Source of the DNA: a phage
Direction: 5' to 3' (one strand)
Assembly (NCBI GenBank): GCA_020773975.1
Contig: GCA_020773975.1_3638.1
DNA length: 64,000 bases
Of this stretch, positions 26,531 to 36,124 are shown one piece after another. Positions within the stretch are counted from its first letter, which is position 1. Every line of letters starts with the position of its first letter. The notes under the pieces are model-generated. The model did not search any database and was not told the origin of the DNA. It was given only the letters and a program-made list of their open reading frames with translations. The translations under genes and the position numbers were made by a program.

Positions 26531-28514
26531 TAAATTTACGATACTCTAGCATCTCTGGAGTATTGAAATGCCTAATATTAATGTATTTTAACAATGGGTA
26601 ACGATCTTTCTTAATCTGTAGTAGCTTTTTCCCAATTCTCTTCTTGGCCTCTATCATCCTTAATGCTTTCTCACGACTATCTTCGTAGCCAGGAACTGAC
26701 CAATAACTGGGTATGTTTACCTTCATCTCCCATTTTGGGAAACTAGCTACCATCACACCAAAATAGCTAAGCTCTTTAACAATGTTATGATACTCATGAT
26801 CTTTCCCCACTTCTTGATATAAATGATATTCAAGAAGGTTAGTTTTTGCAAGAGCATGAATATCCTCCTCAGTTATAACCCGTGCCTCATCTGGCAGCCA
26901 ACTTGATCTGTTTAAAGGCACAATATATAACTTACCAGCTACACCAAGATTCTTAAGAAATGTTGGTGGTTGCTTTCTCCAAGATGTTCTAAGATTTGTT
27001 CTAAGATTGGAAACGTATCCTAACGGGCATAATCCTTTCACCTGCCCACCCCAGTAGACCATAGCCGCCTCAATATCTTCAAACTGAGCACGGGAAATGC
27101 GGGTTACATCTACGGAGCCATCTTGGTTGATTATCCAAACTTTATGACCCGGTTCGTAATAACCATAGCCACCATACTTTTTATCTGCTTTTTGCACTGG
27201 TCGTTTTTCAAGTTCAGATAACTTGAAAATCATCCCTTCAAAGAATTTATCACTGTATAAGGACAGAGCGTAATCAGCATCGGTTATAAATGATCTCTTA
27301 CCAAACTTCTCTGCGAGCCAGTTACATTTAGAGCGCACATACTTGTGATCATCATTGTAAACCAGTGGATGACCATTCATCAACTCTGCGTATGAATATC
27401 TCTCATCCTTACCACGGCGTGATCCTTCGCCACCATATGTTTCACAGTAATCTATGTAAGAACCATCAGTATAATTCTTGAACTTATTTGCAATAAAAGC
27501 AGCACCGTACTTTGTAGCGAAGTACCCGCCAATAAACTTCATATGATCAAGAACTGCTTTTAACGTTGGCAGATCGCTTAATTCTTTTGTGATTTCTTCT
27601 CCGCGAAGTCGGATAGCTTTCGTCACAAAACTTTCAAGTTTATCACGAAATCCCCCGTCATTCTTTCCTTCTACTGTCCACTCCCTGCCAGGATCTACAT
27701 TACAATCCCCAATAGGGATAGATACCGTCATCATAGGCAGTTCTTTGCGAGTAGAGAGATAATCAGAGAGATATGGTTGTTGCCCCATGATGACAACACT
27801 ATCAGCGTTTCTTGAAATGCTACTATACATCTCAAGAACCCAGCCAGTCTCCTCATCCTCATACCGATACTGAACAGGATAAGTGCGATCTTCAATCTGA
27901 GTTTTAACAAAAGGATCGTTAATAATATATGGGAATTTGGCATAACGAAGGCATTTTACAATAGCCTGTCGATAAGCTCCTGTTTCCCAAGTGTTTACGT
28001 TAAATTTAACCTCTACACCATTCTCCTCTGTTGTTTCACAACAGAATAAAGGTACAACCTCTGGTATTCCGCTGTTTTTGTGAACAGAGTATGTTGTTTT
28101 CACTCCATCTTTAACAGAAACAACTGTGAACATATCTGTTACTGCAAGAGGCGCTTTTGACCCAATACCTTTCGCGCCAATCAGATCATTACTGTTTCTT
28201 TTTGTGGACTTACCAATCATCATGAATGTACGTGTTACCATCTCATGATCCATACCTAACCCTGTATCCTTAACAGAATACCAAGGTTCCAAGTCTGTTG
28301 GTGAGTGGATGATGATGGGTTTATCAGAACACCCTGCCTCTGTATGAGCATCTACAGCGTTGAAGAGAGGCTCTCGTACTGCTGCCAAAGGTTTATCTTT
28401 ATAAATTCCATCGATAAGAATACTGAAAGTCTCAGGATTCATTGCAATTGATGCTTGGTATCTTTCTACGTTCCCAGTTACCTGAACTTTGTTGTCAGAT
28501 CTTTGAATAATCAT
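26502..28514 (-). CDS. rIIA: rIIA-like protein with N-terminal GHKL ATPase domain
   Basis: REPLFNAVDAH, DTGLGMD, GAKGIGSKAPL match the GHKL N/G1/G2 boxes as in T4 rIIA. Confidence 0.7.
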   Translation of the reverse strand: MIIQRSDNKVQVTGNVERYQASIAMNPETFSILIDGIYKDKPLAAVREPLFNAVDAHTEAGCSDKPIIIHSPTDLEPWYSVKDTGLGMDHEMVTRTFMMIGKSTKRNSNDLIGAKGIGSKAPLAVTDMFTVVSVKDGVKTTYSVHKNSGIPEVVPLFCCETTEENGVEVKFNVNTWETGAYRQAIVKCLRYAKFPYIINDPFVKTQIEDRTYPVQYRYEDEETGWVLEMYSSISRNADSVVIMGQQPYLSDYLSTRKELPMMTVSIPIGDCNVDPGREWTVEGKNDGGFRDKLESFVTKAIRLRGEEITKELSDLPTLKAVLDHMKFIGGYFATKYGAAFIANKFKNYTDGSYIDYCETYGGEGSRRGKDERYSYAELMNGHPLVYNDDHKYVRSKCNWLAEKFGKRSFITDADYALSLYSDKFFEGMIFKLSELEKRPVQKADKKYGGYGYYEPGHKVWIINQDGSVDVTRISRAQFEDIEAAMVYWGGQVKGLCPLGYVSNLRTNLRTSWRKQPPTFLKNLGVAGKLYIVPLNRSSWLPDEARVITEEDIHALAKTNLLEYHLYQEVGKDHEYHNIVKELSYFGVMVASFPKWEMKVNIPSYWSVPGYEDSREKALRMIEAKKRIGKKLLQIKKDRYPLLKYINIRHFNTPEMLEYRKFIDSKGEKGE

Positions 28515-28534
28515 TCAATACCTCTATGAACTAA

Positions 28535-29155
28535 TTATGCGTCAGGATGCTTGTAAAAAATATGATTCCCAACCTTCACTGTTTTCACCATGACTTTTGC
28601 CCAAGATGGCCTAACAGTAGTTGCATGATAGTACGTTGCTGATTTTGTGTAGTCAAGAGCCTTGTATAAACTTTTGTGGTCTTTATGCAATCTCATCAAG
28701 ATTTTAGCATAAAATTTAGCTCTTAACCACCTATCCTTTTCATAGACTTTAAAGGATTGCCCACCGAATGTCCAAGAGAATTGCCCCGGCTGGTAAACTA
28801 CTTTCTTGATAGTATGCGGGAAATTCTTGTCATCTTTTCTATTCAATGTGACAAAAGCGACACCCATCATTCCATAATCACCTTCTCCTCTTCCCTCTTT
28901 ATACAAGTTACAGGCAAGAATATTAAGCTCTGTATCATTCTTCTTGCAAATGTGAAGAACTTGGGGCTTCTTTGCACTTTCTTTGGCTAGAACAGGGGTA
29001 ATAGACAGAGAAAGTGCACAGCAAACTGCAAATAATAAAGATCTTATTTTCAAAACTAACTCCAGACAAATAAGCCCCATAAAGGGGCTTTCTGTTAACG
29101 ATGGGTAATATCTCCAGATACTGTGTTTACACTTCCATGGATTGTATTTGCGCAA
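28535..29155 (-). CDS. cell-wall hydrolase, SleB/CwlJ family (probable endolysin) with N-terminal signal or anchor
   Basis: ACNLYKEGRGEGDYGMMGVAFVTLNRK motif; hydrophobic N-terminus. Confidence 0.6.
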   Translation of the reverse strand: MRKYNPWKCKHSIWRYYPSLTESPFMGLICLELVLKIRSLLFAVCCALSLSITPVLAKESAKKPQVLHICKKNDTELNILACNLYKEGRGEGDYGMMGVAFVTLNRKDDKNFPHTIKKVVYQPGQFSWTFGGQSFKVYEKDRWLRAKFYAKILMRLHKDHKSLYKALDYTKSATYYHATTVRPSWAKVMVKTVKVGNHIFYKHPDA

Positions 29156-29436
29156 ACATCGCCAGACACCGAAGACACATTGCCTAAGATATCTTTTTCA
29201 ACATTAATATCCCCAGATGTTGAGATCACACCATTAGAGACATTTCCATAGACATTGATACCACCTGATGTTGTACGTACCTCTTTAGCATCACCTTTGA
29301 TAATAACTGTGATGTTTTTATCGTTTGTGGTATGAACTAAATCACCATTGATATAGACATTATCACCCTTAGTGGTGATAGAGATACTACCATTGGTATA
29401 GTTTCCAGAAATTGTATTACCATTAATCGTAATCAT
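29095..29436 (-). CDS. beta-helix repeat protein (bactofilin-like repeats)
   Basis: Repeated G-x-V/I-x-G-N/D pattern; start placed at internal Met MITINGN. Confidence 0.35.
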   Translation of the reverse strand: MITINGNTISGNYTNGSISITTKGDNVYINGDLVHTTNDKNITVIIKGDAKEVRTTSGGINVYGNVSNGVISTSGDINVEKDILGNVSSVSGDVCANTIHGSVNTVSGDITHR

Positions 29437-29607
29437 TGTTTTGTTTCTCTTTAACAATAGGTGCTTTCTGAACAGAGTATACAAATGTTTTATTGTCTTC
29501 AATAAACTTTCTGCCCTGTTCTTCATCTTCAAAAATAATTGTGTCACACTTTGCCTTTAACATACCACGTTCTACAGTTGTGTGTGTCGTAGAAACAATT
29601 AAAGCCA

Positions 29608-30642
29608 TCAAGACACCTCGTTAAGTTGTTCCATGTACCAACTACGGGCTTTATTTGTTGTAAATTTTGCCACGTCTTTCATAGAAAGAGAATTGGCTTC
29701 TAACACATCTGCTTCTTCTTTGTTGATATCGCGGTTAACCCATGCGATAAATGCCCCCAGAGATGCGATGTCCAATCCAATTTCTTGCAACCCTTGTCGT
29801 AAACGGTTCTCAGTAACTGCATACTCCACAAAATCTTTGATAGATTGCAGTTTCACAGGATCAACAGCAGCCAGGGTTTTCACTTTAGAAACAGAATGTT
29901 TTTGCCCTTTCACTTTAAACCAAAGTGCAGAAACATGTGCCAAGTGGCGATCTTTAGGTGTCCATACCACACCCTCACCAACACCAGATACGCCAAAATA
30001 TTTACCTACTGGACACTCTTTTTCCACACCTTCGGTAATCTGTGCAATTTCTGATTGCACTGTCTCTGGCATGTTAAAAGGAATATCCAGTTCCCACTTA
30101 CCAAAAGTTAAAATATTATAAATACGTTGTTCTGGTAATCCAATGCCAAGAATATCGTTTAAAGCTAACCATTTCCGATGGTCATTCTCTTTTCCTACTG
30201 CCACACGGAAAATAGTAAAGAAAGGCATGATTTCAGATACCGCAACACCTTTCTGGATACCTTTCCCTGCAAATTCCCCAGCGATTTCTACTGGGAACTT
30301 AAATTCAATACCACGATCTTCGCAGATCTGTTTGACTTGCTCCAACAGGCCTTTAGGGTCTTTTTCAACCATAAAGGCCATAAACCCATAATTATCTTCT
30401 TCCAGAGACAAAACGCGTTCTTTGGACTGGTATACAACCTCATTTTCAGAATTAAAGACTACACGGCAATTAGTCCCGTGAATTTTAACTGTTCCTACAT
30501 AAGGAATGAGATATTGGTCTGGAGAGGCAACCTTACGCTTTATATTGCCATTCTCATCACGACCATCATAAGTCAGACGGTCATTAACCGCTCGGATAAC
30601 ATTGCGAAATTGACTAGTGCTTGGGTACTTAGTTGCTTGCAT
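29608..30642 (-). CDS. RNA ligase, Rnl2 family
   Basis: Motif I KIHGTN; GEFAGKGIQKGV; EGVVW; FKVKGQKH. Confidence 0.8.
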   Translation of the reverse strand: MQATKYPSTSQFRNVIRAVNDRLTYDGRDENGNIKRKVASPDQYLIPYVGTVKIHGTNCRVVFNSENEVVYQSKERVLSLEEDNYGFMAFMVEKDPKGLLEQVKQICEDRGIEFKFPVEIAGEFAGKGIQKGVAVSEIMPFFTIFRVAVGKENDHRKWLALNDILGIGLPEQRIYNILTFGKWELDIPFNMPETVQSEIAQITEGVEKECPVGKYFGVSGVGEGVVWTPKDRHLAHVSALWFKVKGQKHSVSKVKTLAAVDPVKLQSIKDFVEYAVTENRLRQGLQEIGLDIASLGAFIAWVNRDINKEEADVLEANSLSMKDVAKFTTNKARSWYMEQLNEVS

Positions 30643-31015
30643 TACTATCTTCCTTATTAATAAAAGTCACACCAAGAGTTGCCTGGGCAAGAAGTTTCGT
30701 GATCTCCTGGCTCCATACAGGACTGGAGATAAAATGTTGTAATTGGAGGCTACCTAAGCGATAGGCGCTGTTCATCGTAATAGCATAGATCTCCCCATCG
30801 TGCATAATCAGACTTTCGACAACAGAAGTCCTGATATTAGAACCACTAAATCCACGCTTTTTGAGGTCATCTGCTAAGTATCCGCAGATACAACGCACAT
30901 CTTTTGTATCACCAAAACCGAAATAGGGTTCAGCACCAAACAGGATACCAGCGTATCTCTTCCCACAGACATAAGTATCTTTAGATACGCCTGTTACAGA
31001 TTTACTTTCCATCAT
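30629..31015 (-). CDS. hypothetical protein
   Basis: ORF. Confidence 0.4.
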   Translation of the reverse strand: MMESKSVTGVSKDTYVCGKRYAGILFGAEPYFGFGDTKDVRCICGYLADDLKKRGFSGSNIRTSVVESLIMHDGEIYAITMNSAYRLGSLQLQHFISSPVWSQEITKLLAQATLGVTFINKEDSNASN

Positions 31016-31171
31016 TGTCCCTCCACATCGTCAATATCTTCCATACCATCTTGCCACAGAACTTCATAGCAAGCGTCATAAATTGCGCTCATAGCATCTT
31101 TACGATCTAACACATCTACAATTTTTGGATCAATACTTTTAATTGCTTCCGCAATTTTATCGTAAGCAATA

Positions 31172-31780
31172 TCAGGATGCATGTTCTCTTTTGCCATCTG
31201 GGATCTCCTCTTCGTTTAAGACATAAATTGTCACATCACAATCATGGAGAACAGATTCTATCATAGTTTCTATGATTTTCCAATCCCCACCTGCTAGTCC
31301 AGCACCTATTTTTGGCAGCCCGATCTTATAATCAGACATAAAGCCATCTGTGTGCCTTTGCAAACAATCTCGCATTGCTGCTAAAGAATCGTAAAGGGCG
31401 TTATAATTCAGATCCCTCACACCCATTCTACGCCCATTATATCCGTATTGTGTGTACAGATTAAAACCCGCCAGCTTACCTTCGTTCATGACAGCCCAAG
31501 TATAACTGCCCAGTTTTGTTCGATCACCTTTCTCTGTCTTTAAATCTTCAGCATACATTTTTGGGAATGTATTCTTTATTTCTTTAGCAATTCCAGACCC
31601 CATGGTGCAAAATGTATTACAACCATGAGCTATCACATTAACATCCCTTTTAAGTGCTGCCTCTATTAAGCAACCAACTTTATACTTAAGCATTGTCTGA
31701 TACCTCTTCGCATTCGTATGGATAGATATCCAGTCTTTTCCCATTCCATTCGCAAGAGTAACACTCAAGAAAACTACCAT
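31172..31780 (-). CDS. macro-domain protein (ADP-ribose binding or hydrolysing)
   Basis: NVIAHGCN...GSGIAKEI and IGLPKIGAGLAGG resemble the macro-domain pocket motifs. Confidence 0.55.
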   Translation of the reverse strand: MVVFLSVTLANGMGKDWISIHTNAKRYQTMLKYKVGCLIEAALKRDVNVIAHGCNTFCTMGSGIAKEIKNTFPKMYAEDLKTEKGDRTKLGSYTWAVMNEGKLAGFNLYTQYGYNGRRMGVRDLNYNALYDSLAAMRDCLQRHTDGFMSDYKIGLPKIGAGLAGGDWKIIETMIESVLHDCDVTIYVLNEEEIPDGKREHAS

Positions 31781-32040
31781 TAAATATTTCTTCTCTTACT
31801 TCAAGAATATCTCCTGTTTTTGGATATCCATCAACATCCGAAAAATCAGAAATCATTTTAACCTTCATTCACAACTCCTTTCAAGGAAGGCATTCATACT
31901 TTCCAATGCCTCGCTTTTATTTTTAGCACAAACAACAAACACACGCTTATTTTTATAGGTGTATCCTGCCATGACCATATCGGATCTTTCAACCCACCAT
32001 TTCTCATGTAGCTGGTCTTTCTTAAATTTATGTTTTGCCA

Positions 32041-32457
32041 TCAACGATTATACCATACCACATGTGTGGCCCAGTCTGGCTTTTTATCCCATACTGAAAC
32101 GTCAGATTCATAGCTATCGTTAGGACACCAGTATCCATTCCCATCTTCAGGGCTAAAAATCGCCGCTTGGACACCGAAATTCCAATCATCAAGATCCATC
32201 ACCTTAGCTCCAGCGGTCTTAAAATTAGCATCTGTTTTAAAATGCTCTTTCAGAAGATTACTGACAGATGGTATAGGCATATAAGCAATGACAGGTTCAC
32301 AATCAAAGTAGAAAGACCCATTGATGACATGAGCAATACAGTTATTGCCTTGATAGGATTCACAAATGCCAATCTCACCATCTGCCAAGACTACAAGCCA
32401 TCTACCAACATCAAGATCTTTAACACCATTTGGTGTTTTTATCCACATATCATTCAT
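32041..32457 (-). CDS. hypothetical protein
   Basis: ORF. Confidence 0.4.
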   Translation of the reverse strand: MNDMWIKTPNGVKDLDVGRWLVVLADGEIGICESYQGNNCIAHVINGSFYFDCEPVIAYMPIPSVSNLLKEHFKTDANFKTAGAKVMDLDDWNFGVQAAIFSPEDGNGYWCPNDSYESDVSVWDKKPDWATHVVWYNR

Positions 32458-32497
32458 TCAGGTATTCCTGGGAAAAGCAGCCATTAGGCTGCTGTTA

Positions 32498-33706
32498 TTA
32501 ATTTAAAATTGCATCTACATCTTTTGCAAAGTTCTTGTGATATTCAGTAATAATCTGCATGACAACAGGATACTTCTTAAGTAACTTCGCTGGCAGTCTG
32601 TCACGAAGGCCATCTAACAAAATACCCTTCCCTGTAGAACTGTCATTAATAAACATCATGAAGACAGATGATACAAAATCACGGTTGGAATGAGCATCAT
32701 CTTTACCAAAGTTATCATACAGATATTGCAAGAAATTGGCTGAGAAGTCAATAATCTGATCATCTGTGTAGTTGGTATTCTTCATAGCCTTACGTAGCCA
32801 GATGCAACCTTGTGATCCTAGCGTCCACAATACATCAGAGCTATCAGAGCCAGTGTGTTCCTTAATTGAACCATCCATTACTTTCTCAATGGGGACCATA
32901 TCAGCAACGCGAGTATGGTAATACCATAACTCTTTCATTAACGGCCCACCAATACACCCTTGCAAAGCAGCCATTGCAAGACGGGAAGTAAGATCACCAT
33001 CCTCATACGCATACAGAATATCACTTGCAGTAACCCAAGTTCGTGGTGTGGCATATGCAGGACTGTTAATCTCATACATGGCCTCGAAGTTTTCCAGTTT
33101 ATCGGGATTGGCCTGGATAAAACCAATTACTGATGGATGCACATTTTTACGCAACGCATAATCCTGCATCCACACAGAGGCATCGTAATCAAGTTCCACA
33201 ACAATAAAACGGTTAGCCAAAGGAGCTTCCATCATGGTCACTGCCGTACCATCACCAGGACGGTTCCCTGCCGCTGCAAAAACTGCACCTTTTGGAAAGG
33301 TGTACTTACCAATTTTATGATCCAAAACAATCTGGAAAGCTACTTTCTGTAAGTAGTTATCAGCATGTAAAAGTTCGTCAAGGAAAATAATACCTTCCCA
33401 ATCTGGGTCTTCTGGCCAGAAATCTGGTAGCGCATAGACTGTACGTGTTTTTCCATTATCGTCTGTTACAGGAATCTGTACACCTACTACGTCTGTCGGA
33501 TCTTTATCCGCAAGACGAAAATCAACGAGATTATCATCTCGTTCACCAAACATCTCATTGGCAACTTGCTTCATGACTTGACTCTTACCAAGCCCAGCAC
33601 CACCAAACATCATAAGTGCTTTGTTTGCCTTCTTACAAAATTTCATGAGGCTTGGAATATCACGGAGTGTAACACGATGATCTTCAAAAATATTTCTACT
33701 AGACAT
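32498..33706 (-). CDS. AAA+ ATPase, MoxR/AAA_5-like
   Basis: Walker A GGAGLGKS; Walker B IIFLDELLHA. Confidence 0.6.
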   Translation of the reverse strand: MSSRNIFEDHRVTLRDIPSLMKFCKKANKALMMFGGAGLGKSQVMKQVANEMFGERDDNLVDFRLADKDPTDVVGVQIPVTDDNGKTRTVYALPDFWPEDPDWEGIIFLDELLHADNYLQKVAFQIVLDHKIGKYTFPKGAVFAAAGNRPGDGTAVTMMEAPLANRFIVVELDYDASVWMQDYALRKNVHPSVIGFIQANPDKLENFEAMYEINSPAYATPRTWVTASDILYAYEDGDLTSRLAMAALQGCIGGPLMKELWYYHTRVADMVPIEKVMDGSIKEHTGSDSSDVLWTLGSQGCIWLRKAMKNTNYTDDQIIDFSANFLQYLYDNFGKDDAHSNRDFVSSVFMMFINDSSTGKGILLDGLRDRLPAKLLKKYPVVMQIITEYHKNFAKDVDAILN

Positions 33707-33941
33707 TCGTCTCGTTCCTTAAATCGTTCTTCTGCTCAAGATAACTTTCAATGATACTGTCTATATCTGCTGATTCAATATCAGCATACAGATTCATAAT
33801 GCTTGATGCAAGGTCTTTGGCAGAAAAATTGTCTACTCTTTCTGCACCAAAAACTAAAAACCATTGTCGTCGTGTCATCCTCGCTCTAACAACGGTTTTT
33901 AAATACTCCGCTCTCTCTGAAAAATCAAGAGGTTTTACCAC
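33699..33941 (-). CDS. hypothetical protein
   Basis: ORF. Confidence 0.35.
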   Translation of the reverse strand: MVKPLDFSERAEYLKTVVRARMTRRQWFLVFGAERVDNFSAKDLASSIMNLYADIESADIDSIIESYLEQKNDLRNETNV

Positions 33942-34291
33942 TTATCCACCCAAACTCTGTTCTCATCACACCAGTCGTAGAACTCGTTCAAAGCTAGATT
34001 GAACTGCTGTAGAGGACTCACGATAAGGTTGGGGTTATCTTCTTTGCTACAGATTTCCAAGTATTCTTCATATGTGAGAATATGCTGCATTTCTTCAAGA
34101 ATATCATACAACCACCCATCGAAGTCAGCATTCTCTTCATCAGTTTGCTTTGGTAAAAGTCGTTTTACTCTTTTTACAAGCATGTCCACAAACAGGTGAA
34201 TATTATCATCTGCCCAAGGCTCTACCTTACCTTCTACGGGATTACCTTTCCAGATATCACGTAAATCAAGTCGATGTTTCCACTGTGCCAT
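33935..34291 (-). CDS. hypothetical protein
   Basis: ORF. Confidence 0.4.
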   Translation of the reverse strand: MAQWKHRLDLRDIWKGNPVEGKVEPWADDNIHLFVDMLVKRVKRLLPKQTDEENADFDGWLYDILEEMQHILTYEEYLEICSKEDNPNLIVSPLQQFNLALNEFYDWCDENRVWVDKW

Positions 34292-34292
34292 T

Positions 34293-34487
34293 TTATAACT
34301 CCTTAACAGATTCTAAATCAAGATATTCATCACCACCCACTCGTTTACCGTCTTTCTTACGGTATTTTGCCTTGCTTTCAAATGCTACCCAATAAGCACC
34401 TTCATCTTTTAACTTGTCTTCCCATACCCAACCGAACTGCTTTTTCCTAATGGTTCCTTTGTGGGTATATTGTTGTTTACAATACAT
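34293..34487 (-). CDS. hypothetical protein
   Basis: ORF. Confidence 0.3.
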   Translation of the reverse strand: MYCKQQYTHKGTIRKKQFGWVWEDKLKDEGAYWVAFESKAKYRKKDGKRVGGDEYLDLESVKEL

Positions 34488-34488
34488 C

Positions 34489-34704
34489 CTAATCCTCCCA
34501 TTTTATCCATAAAGGGTATTCTGCAACATGCACTTTCTTACCCTTTTTGTTAATAAAAGTATACTCAACAAACTTTGCTATGTAAAACCTATTGTAATCC
34601 TCTGTACCTTTAACAGGACAGTCTGTTTTCCTTCTCTCCACCCATTCTCTGTGGATCACCGCTTTGTTCTTTGGATCAAATGGATGTGGTTGATAAACAT
34701 TCAT
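34489..34704 (-). CDS. hypothetical protein
   Basis: ORF. Confidence 0.3.
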   Translation of the reverse strand: MNVYQPHPFDPKNKAVIHREWVERRKTDCPVKGTEDYNRFYIAKFVEYTFINKKGKKVHVAEYPLWIKWED

Positions 34705-35201
34705 TATTTCCCCTCGAATCTTTTTCTTGCATCAGCAAGTTTAAGATGCATTTCATGGTATTTCTTTAACCTTGCCAAATCCTTATCAGATAAGGATTTA
34801 AGACGTTTTACGTCCATATTGTCTTTTAAATCAGCGAGTTTTACACGAATCGCATCATAATTAGTACAGATGCCCTCAATGTACTCTTCTTCAGTCAGGC
34901 TCTGTTTCTTTGTTAGCAGAAGAACTGCATCTTTTACTCTGTTAGTGAACCCTAACATTACCAAATCGTAAGCTGTAACTTTAGTATCCTCAAGGATATC
35001 GTGAAGGACACCGATTGCCATTAGCTGTAAGTCATCATTACCAAGTTCATGCATCACCCTTAATGGGTGAAGAATGTATGGCATTCCACCACGATCTTTC
35101 TGCTTAAGATGGTTTTCAGAGGCCAACTTTACAGCTAAAGCCAACTCCTGATGGGGTCTTAAATCTTGCATATTACTGGGGACAGACTTCGATTGTACCA
35201 T
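34704..35201 (-). CDS. small alarmone hydrolase (SpoT/RelA-type HD domain)
   Basis: YILHPLRV...GVLHDILEDT matches the (p)ppGpp hydrolase HD motif. Confidence 0.7.
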   Translation of the reverse strand: MVQSKSVPSNMQDLRPHQELALAVKLASENHLKQKDRGGMPYILHPLRVMHELGNDDLQLMAIGVLHDILEDTKVTAYDLVMLGFTNRVKDAVLLLTKKQSLTEEEYIEGICTNYDAIRVKLADLKDNMDVKRLKSLSDKDLARLKKYHEMHLKLADARKRFEGK

Positions 35202-36019
35202 TTATATGTCTCTTCCATGTTAAAGGGTTTTATACCGATATTATCAAAATCTACAAGAGAATCAAGAAAAAATTCTCCTTTGTACCCAGCCATTTCTATC
35301 ATTGAGCGTTCCTCTTGGGTAGGGATCTCCCCCAAGATAAGCTCTTTTAGCTCCTTTTCTACAACACGATGGTACATTACTTCTTGGGTATTACACACCA
35401 AGTAGTAGTGCGATTTCTTATTCTCTACGTTTGGCGTGTTGGCTATCTTAATTGCAGCATGACCTACATAATCATACATCTTTGTTTGGTAAAACATTCC
35501 ATAACAACCCGCCAGAGAAAAGGATCCAAAACTGGAGTTAATCTCCCTGATGTGGAGAATATCTGGGTTTGTTCTGACATAGGAAGCCTTTATGGAAAAC
35601 ATATTACCATCCCAATGCCCCAATTGGGACAAAACAGACAGGAATTTTTGTGTTCGTGCAGACAACGATCCTGCTAAACACATTCCATAATTAAAGCCTT
35701 GGAAAGAAATTGTTATTTGCCCACAAGTAATATCATAGCTTGAAAACTCATGCGTTAAGTTTACGCTTGCCATGTAAGCACGCTCGTCAGCTTCAACATA
35801 ATATTTCCAGTAACATTTCCTATCCCGAGTATCAAAACACATAAGCACAGCATGTTTTATGAGTTCTATTAAAGGGTTTGGTTCATGGTGGCGACTTTCA
35901 ACTTCCCTTATAATGGCTTCACGGAATACATTAAAATCTATTTTCATAGATTTTGTGTGATACAGGTAGGCATCAAAGTAAGAAGAAATGTTTTCGTCAG
36001 GTATCTTTGTCATGGTCAA
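35159..36019 (-). CDS. hypothetical protein
   Basis: 286-aa ORF, first gene of the leftward block. Confidence 0.45.
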   Translation of the reverse strand: MTMTKIPDENISSYFDAYLYHTKSMKIDFNVFREAIIREVESRHHEPNPLIELIKHAVLMCFDTRDRKCYWKYYVEADERAYMASVNLTHEFSSYDITCGQITISFQGFNYGMCLAGSLSARTQKFLSVLSQLGHWDGNMFSIKASYVRTNPDILHIREINSSFGSFSLAGCYGMFYQTKMYDYVGHAAIKIANTPNVENKKSHYYLVCNTQEVMYHRVVEKELKELILGEIPTQEERSMIEMAGYKGEFFLDSLVDFDNIGIKPFNMEETYKWYNRSLSPVICKI

Positions 36020-36124
36020 ACTCCAAAAATATTTTCATTGGTTATGAGGAATGTACAGAACTAAAAAATCAAAGTCAACGCTTGACAAACTGGAAATTTG
36101 TGAGATACTACGAACACAAGTTAA

